A stretch of 33,675 nt of DNA. Origin: an uncultured Candidatus Poseidoniales archaeon (lineage in GTDB: Archaea > Thermoplasmatota > Poseidoniia > Poseidoniales > Thalassarchaeaceae). The stretch's first letter is position 1, and each line of letters begins with the position of its first letter. The stretch spans positions 1 to 33,675 of the forward strand of contig CAXHFM010000003.1 of the NCBI GenBank assembly GCA_964016345.1. The letters run 5' to 3'. The notes under the pieces are model-generated. The model was not told where the DNA came from. It made no database searches and saw only the letters and a program-made list of their open reading frames with translations. Position numbers and translations under genes: made by a program. This document shows positions 28,601 through 33,675 of this stretch, piece after piece.

Positions 28601-31599
28601 GCAATCTAACATCCAGTAACGGTAGTGGTATTGTTGATAGATCAGGGAATCCACTTTCACCAAGTTTAACCTTCTTGATCGATAATGCTTCTATTGGATT
28701 CTCAGTTTCCGGCGGAGCTGTAGATCCTAATGGGAGTTGGTCAGCCAGGATTTTCTTGGATATGACATTCCCGAGAGGGACTCATAATATCTCAGCAACC
28801 TACACACCCACTGTGAATTACTACAGCTCAAGCTCGAGCTACGGAACCTTTGACAGTAGGGGCTTCTCAATGATCTCTATCATAAATCCAACCGATTTGG
28901 ACCCTGATGCAAGAACTATCAGGGGGGAACCATCAGATCTCAATATTTCCATAATGGACAACGCTGGAGAAAATGTTGCGAATGTAGAAGTCAAAATCTT
29001 GGTGGATGGGATCGAGACTTGGTCAGGATTTACAGATTTGAATGGCCTGATAAATACCAGCCTTTCAACTGATCCAAATAGGGATCCGGGGCCAATGACT
29101 GTTACGGCAGTTTTTGCCGGGATCAATGGAACTACTGGCTTATCCGGTGACCAGACCTGGACTAGGATTATTGTCCTGGCTCCAACTGTCATCCAAGTCT
29201 CAAATATCTCTGGCTCTGCCGTTGCCGGGGAGCGAGTGATATTCAGTGGCACCCTCCTAGATGAGCGAGGATTGCCCTTGGTTGAGGACGGTTCTCCAAA
29301 GGGAGGGGTTGTCCATCTTTACATAGATGGAATCGACGTAGGCCCTCTCTATATCGATATTTCAAACTCTACTTCTGGAGCATGGGAAATCACATATGAT
29401 CTTCCACTAGACACGGACTATGGTCAGCATACATTCAGCATTGAGTTCCTAGGCGGTTTCACATGGGTCGACCCCATGGGACAAGGAGATTCACTGAATC
29501 CAGAGTATTACTTATTCTCTACTGTTACCTCAACTTTCAATGTAACACAGACTTCACAGGTGGTCCTGACTACTCCTCAGGGAGAAATAGACAGAAATGA
29601 ACTCCTTTTAATTGAAGGAATATTAACCGATGGGGCAGGAAGGCCTCTCCCAAATAGGGCACTCGACGCTTACATGAATGGTCAAATGTTGACATCTCTC
29701 AATGTAGATGGAAACGGCTCCTTCAGTCTATTCTTCCCCGTTCCTTCCGACATGCCTCTGGGGCCAAGGGAAGTCAGATTATTATTCCAGGGGGAGGAAT
29801 TCATTCTTGGTTCAAACTCAACAACAATTTTCACTGTGTTCTCATCCACAACTCTTACTGTGCAAGATCCAATGCCAGTAGCAGTTGGAGACGTACTAAA
29901 TCTTAGGGGTGATGTGAGAGATAACCTTCCTGATGGTTGGCTTTCAAATCACTCCCTACAGATTTTTGTTGATGGCATATTGATAGGAACCACAGTGACC
30001 GAAGAGGATGGCAGCTGGCATCTTTCTTGGGTTGTATCTGAATTCCTTGATGTTGGAGTCCACCCTGTAACTGTAATATCTCCGGACCAAGGTTACTACC
30101 GACAGACCTCAGCAGAAACAAATCTTACAATCGCATATCATACTAAGATTACCCTAAATGTCGAGAACAGTGTAGCAACCAGGGGCGGAACGTGGAACTT
30201 TTCTGGAAGGCTATATGATTCCGATTCTCCAGGTACCCCCGGATTAGAGAATAGGGAAGTTACATTCCTATTGGATGGCATTGCGGTACTGGTAACGACA
30301 ACGGGAGCAGACGGGACTTTCTCATTCACCCACGAACTGGGATACTCGATATCCCGTGGAGGGCATCTGGTTTCTGTTGAATTCTACGGAGAGGAACTAT
30401 ATCTATCCGACTCGACAAATACTACTGTTTTCTCAAGAGCAGATATTATTGTGGAAATACTCCTCATCTCTGATGAGGTAGTTAGGAGTGATGAAACTAG
30501 GCCGATCAGAGTTAGGGGCAGAGTATTAGAAATTGGAGGCGATGGAAATACAATGGAAGAGATGGAGATGTCGCTCCTGTGGGAGGGCTCTCTTGAGCCA
30601 AATGCAATTATTTCATGGGACCAAGCCACAGGTCAGTTCCTGATTACCTCCAATGCAAAGACATTCATGCCTCCTGGTAATTCTATCTTCACTATAGATG
30701 TTGAACCAGATGCAGAGAGATACCTGAATGGAGCATCAATTGAATTCGATCTACAGATTCTAGTTAGTGTCAACTTTGAATTCATTCCCGACAATATCTT
30801 CATCGAAAGAGGACAATCTAAGATTTCTGGAAAAATCAATGTAACTGCTTCCGATGATAATCGCGCACCTCCAGTAGAGGGAGTCTCAATTACTGCCAGA
30901 CTAACCAATGATACTGACACCCTCTTTACTGTTGTTGGATTAACTGATGAGAATGGAATTTTCAATTATCAGTTTGAATCGTTCCATGATGAACACTCAT
31001 TCTGGGATAGGGATTTCTGGGGCGACCTGAAAATTGAGTTTAGCTCTGACTCGGATATCATCGACCCGGTCAATGCCACTCAACTTTCTCAATTTAGTGA
31101 AGTAAACGTAAACTATCAAGCGGAAGCTTCTGATTCCCTAATGAGGCCTGCAATAATATCTATTATTTTAGTCGCATTTATGATAGGAGTTTCCGCTCTA
31201 GTAGTCAGCATAAGAAATAGAAAGAAGGCCGCCATTGATGAATTGGCAGGGATCTTTAGCTACACTGCAGAACTTCTAGCAGCCGGAGACGAAGTTAGGG
31301 AAGCGATATTCAATTGCTATGAAGGACTTTGCAAGATACTAATGAGCAGGGGCTTCCTTAGAAGAGATTTTGAAACCGTAAGAGAGTTCGAAATGGCGAT
31401 CAGAAGCGCTCTTCCCATAAGCGAACAGGCGTTACTATCTCTAGATAGGATATTCGAAGAAGCGAGGTACTCAAGTCACGTCCTCGGAAATCAACATAGG
31501 GAAAGTGCGCAAATGGCACTTAATTCGGTATTACAAGAAATCGATCAATTAGAAGAAGTTCCAATGAGGTCCAAAGGAAAAATAATCGAGGATCAGTAA
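22636..31599 (+). CDS. Giant surface protein (~2990 aa): TSP3-like Ca-binding repeats, transglutaminase-like domain, Ig-like stalk, TM helix, DUF4129-like tail
   Basis: Uninterrupted ORF. DxDxDG repeats, YWRWHTYDQYTGVSW, GSCDQF...LRTADIPVRKVTGF...WVEV...GWIPF, ETVREF...FEEARYS. GAGGTGA SD supports GTG 22636 (ORF track gives 22627). Confidence 0.9.
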   Translation: MGSIVNLAKDAVSARKHRSAITFSLLLLLSSYSALEFSAWEALASSDQDGDGLSYGLEFYINTQPQDWDSDNDGLPDGWEWQYGLNPLSQNGDNGSTGDPDGDAFTNLNEYQYSIPSGWDLPSTPNVLDNGVWWNGTVPVRDWDEESAMQLIQGLNSDGADEDPRGNICFNTFDDDKDGMVDNFDGDGDGDADCSSNDDDGDGIADEDPDGWDTDGDGMPDGWEAANGLDPTSNSNMDGTFGDPDGDGLINLKEYVNPAWGTRNGSTTPPTQYFRPGPLAMTATESPCNPVLSLGPGGCQFLTAEVDGITSTDPQSNDTDGDGLNDSYEALILLTDPTSVDTDSDGIEDGVEVNGQYGDPPQASDPRNNNTDGDQFDDGEEDLNGNGIMDMNETDPTRIEDAGDFDGDGIQNWEENMTCTLWNVFDTDGGGVSDGDEILPFHNSDPCLSEQELTLQIVGWDAVTSSLTLNSTSELDQSPLDWRQTDSPMAYYVQSNGTLVEFRYESIDSDVLRSVNVDLPANTSTVLFTNFSWCWNATIGAVNDPICDDDYSDSDGDGLADWEEYLSTWGFPTNPNLMDTDSDGVDDLDEILNGTDPLNPCENLLDSDGDGLNNYFENTTGCVVVFPGMGGNFTNDTYFTLWNLSDTDNGGVTDFQEYIDGTNPQDNPNDDRNPVDTDGDGIPDTIENSTGTDWRDPDTDGGGIPDGQECTSDYWDGQCEDSPNNPWDPSDDISPNSIYLYATNQSSILNPDNTIYWRWHTYDQYTGVSWGVNTSLAGNTEMEPGFSTTQGVSDQQFWDNSTLMGWEIGYRGPGVADIGEELILPHNTVNFTGWTDPTAGLNFSNFTRDVIVDGSSIDTMFITTPQVNITQAIRDNSTVFTGSDYATDLPRFFTARGNMNEFVSEITQTIINESGALSAWDKVSAIGDFISDGNDTISFLRNNNGTNVPSGLEEESDMAYWILNNSFEGSCDQFTSLFAVMLRTADIPVRKVTGFSGGYWNGEAFEVYGKDFSSWVEVHLQTNQNLGNADLGWIPFEACPAMSLVEVTNESWGPLWLDRDLSGESIWMNGTLRFTDNQTSVAGVGVEIYLVESNMTDQIPGLAAVSQHLVGTAVTDSNGSFNITGMPSEAVNPGNSSLVIMTKTLDYVGSQGIFSGWNVNVTDDITLTVSEPQPLTEPKIGIGVNTTVTGSVSLENTPYNDISLIDSMQILMNYTTSQDGPVSLISSIGPGGYFEFSVSIDESEQEGLIPATFDYTGWHRDDLNNASGPVFHIRPYSETINLNLTQAPNLTISLEGQGLNNTLLEINNRIYLNGTALSKSETPESLNGTLTLQMRRSGTNAPFQTLNSWYLNDSDWLSNPGQFALNWTFLDSDVPIPAGLVEIRYQYMADQLFAKDETTVVDQHGIKSYIVFNYTMIPAPKGSTSDILVSLSDHTGTEITTFPGFFSLSVNDTEVWNISDPDVPKITPSWTPSPLTPAGDYPWTLSYNGSTWISPNQTTDNVRIQGRSSPIFNLGLEWVPMGNTTWVSGSVIDSDLNSTVTGNNTSVSLFLDVPSSLPAGPDGNPLPPDRYTLGSEWLDTATGEYNISFSMPSGIGSGVYKAILILDFEKNSPNGIPYFYDPATENSFDIGIQTMFDVQSTNTSAIVVAGENLTASATVRDIESNERLSNATVEIYFDWGGPLQQLMNTSVTGNDGVVEFQSTIPSNAAPGYYDVLISAPDDLTDSLVTQDAGRWLSNESYMNLTVQVVSNVRIDNSPLPEVTAGQSFLVTGKVMDSFDINRTVNGPVSIEIFFLNDPSEKLVTGFATSSNGSFSISVPTDPLGDGISNGLKTVVVSVENGSSPFYLTGTGSDSILIRGVVQFIDRVPLINTIVDRGSSVSFGARLAESSNNDREISGMNVSARFHDTWMTTEISSNSGGFVNFSFDVPHSHPLGTISVMLMFNGSNGTETLHSSFTYINTIIVRSPTSISFSPITANPTAGNFLDVSGNLTSSNGSGIVDRSGNPLSPSLTFLIDNASIGFSVSGGAVDPNGSWSARIFLDMTFPRGTHNISATYTPTVNYYSSSSSYGTFDSRGFSMISIINPTDLDPDARTIRGEPSDLNISIMDNAGENVANVEVKILVDGIETWSGFTDLNGLINTSLSTDPNRDPGPMTVTAVFAGINGTTGLSGDQTWTRIIVLAPTVIQVSNISGSAVAGERVIFSGTLLDERGLPLVEDGSPKGGVVHLYIDGIDVGPLYIDISNSTSGAWEITYDLPLDTDYGQHTFSIEFLGGFTWVDPMGQGDSLNPEYYLFSTVTSTFNVTQTSQVVLTTPQGEIDRNELLLIEGILTDGAGRPLPNRALDAYMNGQMLTSLNVDGNGSFSLFFPVPSDMPLGPREVRLLFQGEEFILGSNSTTIFTVFSSTTLTVQDPMPVAVGDVLNLRGDVRDNLPDGWLSNHSLQIFVDGILIGTTVTEEDGSWHLSWVVSEFLDVGVHPVTVISPDQGYYRQTSAETNLTIAYHTKITLNVENSVATRGGTWNFSGRLYDSDSPGTPGLENREVTFLLDGIAVLVTTTGADGTFSFTHELGYSISRGGHLVSVEFYGEELYLSDSTNTTVFSRADIIVEILLISDEVVRSDETRPIRVRGRVLEIGGDGNTMEEMEMSLLWEGSLEPNAIISWDQATGQFLITSNAKTFMPPGNSIFTIDVEPDAERYLNGASIEFDLQILVSVNFEFIPDNIFIERGQSKISGKINVTASDDNRAPPVEGVSITARLTNDTDTLFTVVGLTDENGIFNYQFESFHDEHSFWDRDFWGDLKIEFSSDSDIIDPVNATQLSQFSEVNVNYQAEASDSLMRPAIISIILVAFMIGVSALVVSIRNRKKAAIDELAGIFSYTAELLAAGDEVREAIFNCYEGLCKILMSRGFLRRDFETVREFEMAIRSALPISEQALLSLDRIFEEARYSSHVLGNQHRESAQMALNSVLQEIDQLEEVPMRSKGKIIEDQ
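22774..24831 (+). repeat. About 20 degenerate thrombospondin-type-3-like DxDxDG protein repeats
   Basis: DQDGDG, DSDNDG, DTDGDG, DTDSDG, DTDGGG and similar, often followed by xxDxxE...DP. Counted by eye. Protein-level repeats, not exact DNA repeats. Confidence 0.85.
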
Positions 31600-32066
31600 T
31601 TGAAGGTTATCCTCAACTTATCTCCATCCCAGAATGCCTCATTCAAGGTAATTCCATTTGGAAGCTTGAATGACTCGATTCTGCCTCCAAATTTTTCAGG
31701 TGATACAAACCTGATAAACTGCCCTGATTCAGTAGACCCTTTTTCAAGAATCGCCCCCTCCATTCGAGATTTGGATAGAGGTATCTCCAATCCGTCTCCG
31801 ATGGACTCAGCACCTATTACAGCGACTCTCTCTCCAAATGATTTAATCGAGCCATATCCTCCTATTGAGTCAATTCCGGGAAGCAAGCTCCTTTTTGTAG
31901 AATTCTCGTGATTATCAATCACCTCTGCCATGTGAGGAATATCAGAAAAGAACCTTTGATGTGATGACGAGGCATCAGAATCCAGGCCAACATCCGTATC
32001 CAAAAGTGCATGTTTCGGATGAGCATTACTTTCCTCTGGCCTTATTGAAACTTTGACCCACTCCAT
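31593..32066 (-). CDS. Hypothetical protein (157 aa), C-terminus resembles an HSP20-like beta-sandwich
   Basis: ATG lies 23 nt after ATGGG-TTCATT. Convergent 7-nt overlap with the giant gene. Confidence 0.7.
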   Translation of the reverse strand: MEWVKVSIRPEESNAHPKHALLDTDVGLDSDASSSHQRFFSDIPHMAEVIDNHENSTKRSLLPGIDSIGGYGSIKSFGERVAVIGAESIGDGLEIPLSKSRMEGAILEKGSTESGQFIRFVSPEKFGGRIESFKLPNGITLNEAFWDGDKLRITFNY

Positions 32067-32106
32067 AACTCACGGAAGAGACGGTCTGCAATGAACCCAT
32101 TGTTCA

Positions 32107-33633
32107 CTAGATCTCAAAGAATGCCTTTACTCTCTCTGCAGTCCTGGAGGGACTTGAGGTTTGGATCTTCATCATAGAAGGCATACAATCACTCACCCGA
32201 CGTTCTAATATCCGATTCTCTAGTAATACAATTATTGCCCTATCTTCCTTTTTCCTTATCGGTCTTCCAAGAGCCTGAAGAACACTATTCACGGCAGGTT
32301 GGAGACTGGCATACTTCCACGCTTTATTTCTATCAAATTTGTTAGTAAAGTACTGTATCAATGAATCCTGTTTGGCACTAGGGGGCGGCAGTGGAAGACC
32401 TATGCAAACTAATGAATTTAGAACATTATCAGAATAATCGACACCCTCAGAAAGCTTACCATTTAGAACTCCAAAGATTACTGCTCCTCCCATTTGTTTC
32501 TGTTCATAGAGTTTCGAAACCATAGATTCAACGCCTCCCTTACTCATTCTTTGCTCTTCCTTCAGAATTACTTTACCGCCACTCCATCCCAAATTTATGA
32601 AATCTGAATATATTCTTTCTAACATAGTATAGCTAGGAGCAAAGATAGCTACATTTCCCTTTGTATTCTCAATAACTGCTCTGACATGTTGACCTATAAC
32701 GGGGATACTTCCTTCACGCTCTGTGAATTTACTAGTCACATCACTCGCAATCAGAACTGGCCTATTCTCAACTGGAAAGTCCGATGAATATACCTTGCAT
32801 ACAGTCCTATTGGTCGGTATGCCGAGTATCTCTGAATACATCGTAGGAGGGAAGAGAGTACCAGACATAAGAATCGATCCACGGCAACTCTCAAAAACAG
32901 ATTTTCCCACCACACTAGGGTCAAGAAGATGGCAAGTAATACGCGGAATATCCAAAATTTCATCAAATACCAAGGATAAAGCGGAACTGTTTCTGAACCT
33001 TATACAAATTTCTAGCATTTCAGCTATTCTGGTACAATCGTTCTGCTCCTCGTCATCTAAATCTTCTTCCTCGTCTATTGTCACAGAGAATAAACGACTT
33101 ACCATTGACAAAATTCTGGATATATCGTCACCTTCGTCCTCCTCCAGCACTCCTTCAGTAGCTTTGGAGAATACATCTAGGAAATCTTGAGTAGGCACTC
33201 TCATATCATCTCCCTTCGTCATCTCATTCTCCTTTTTCCTTTCTTTCAACCAATTTATCATAGGGGTCTGAAGGGACTTAATCTGCATCTCTAGATGCCT
33301 TGCATCTCTAAGCTGTCCGGATTCAGGCAAGTCAAGGTCAGAATTAGCCTTCTCTAAATTTCCCTTGTACTCCTCTATGTTATCCAAAGCCCTTGCGAAA
33401 ACATCTTTTGTTACTCTTCTCTCTAATCCACTCCTAATCCTATCTGGTAAATTGTGTGCTTCATCTACAATTAGAATAGAATTTTCCAATTCAATACCCA
33501 TCGCAGGCAGGGAAGCCTCCCTAACCCCTTCCACGAAAACATGATTGTAATCGCATACAAGAATGTCCGCGTGGCCTGCTGCCATTCTAGCTGTAGCCCA
33601 AGAACAAACTTTTCTGGATATGCCATATTTTAC
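32107..33633 (-). CDS. XPD/Rad3/DinG-family helicase, C-terminal part (5' truncated)
   Basis: ADILVCDYNH, IVDEAHNL, MSGTL, FAPSY, GKLSEGVDY, IGLPLP, QALGRPIR. Confidence 0.92.
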   Translation of the reverse strand, partial: VKYGISRKVCSWATARMAAGHADILVCDYNHVFVEGVREASLPAMGIELENSILIVDEAHNLPDRIRSGLERRVTKDVFARALDNIEEYKGNLEKANSDLDLPESGQLRDARHLEMQIKSLQTPMINWLKERKKENEMTKGDDMRVPTQDFLDVFSKATEGVLEEDEGDDISRILSMVSRLFSVTIDEEEDLDDEEQNDCTRIAEMLEICIRFRNSSALSLVFDEILDIPRITCHLLDPSVVGKSVFESCRGSILMSGTLFPPTMYSEILGIPTNRTVCKVYSSDFPVENRPVLIASDVTSKFTEREGSIPVIGQHVRAVIENTKGNVAIFAPSYTMLERIYSDFINLGWSGGKVILKEEQRMSKGGVESMVSKLYEQKQMGGAVIFGVLNGKLSEGVDYSDNVLNSLVCIGLPLPPPSAKQDSLIQYFTNKFDRNKAWKYASLQPAVNSVLQALGRPIRKKEDRAIIVLLENRILERRVSDCMPSMMKIQTSSPSRTAERVKAFFEI

Positions 33634-33675
33634 CTGTCTCTTATACACATCTGACGCTGCCGACGAACATAGGCG
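33634..33675 (+). other. Illumina Nextera adapter contamination (Tn5 mosaic end, adapter, probable index)
   Basis: Exact CTGTCTCTTATACACATCT-GACGCTGCCGACGA at 33634-33666. Confidence 0.98.

Noticed and set aside
32107-33648. XPD helicase naturally lacking Walker A and Fe-S domains
   Set aside because: Truncation coincides with the adapter and contig end.
33634-33652. Tn5/IS50-like transposon end
   Set aside because: It is the synthetic mosaic end followed by Illumina adapter, and there is no transposase.

Overview
Gene-dense archaeal chromosomal segment. Archaeal informational genes (aRF1, NOG1 GTPase, pyrH-DUF2116, XPD/Rad3) sit with bacterial-type catabolic genes and very large acidic surface proteins, which is most consistent with Marine Group II Thermoplasmata (Poseidoniales). 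That assignment is an inference. Contents in order: nitroreductase (truncated), pterin carbinolamine dehydratase, an unknown protein, NOG1, a 38-aa zinc-finger microprotein missing from the ORF track, pyrH operon, aRF1-argS, peroxiredoxin, SAP-domain M28 peptidase, ubiX, a lipA-bkdA1-bkdA2-bkdB-lpdA-lipB-class V PLP enzyme operon, folM-like/folB, tRNA-Leu(TAA), a ~980-aa and a ~2990-aa membrane-anchored surface protein, a hypothetical gene, and a truncated XPD helicase ending in Nextera adapter contamination. Highlights: (1) the release-factor gene seems to lack a usable canonical start, pointing to an AUA start or an AUG-UGG-GGG-UAG mini-ORF needing a prfB-like +1 frameshift; (2) the giant TSP3/transglutaminase-like/Ig-stalk/DUF4129 protein has a remodelled catalytic triad (Cys/Ser/Glu); (3) degenerate TATA hexamers lie a near-constant 23 nt upstream of start codons, suggesting leaderless mRNAs.
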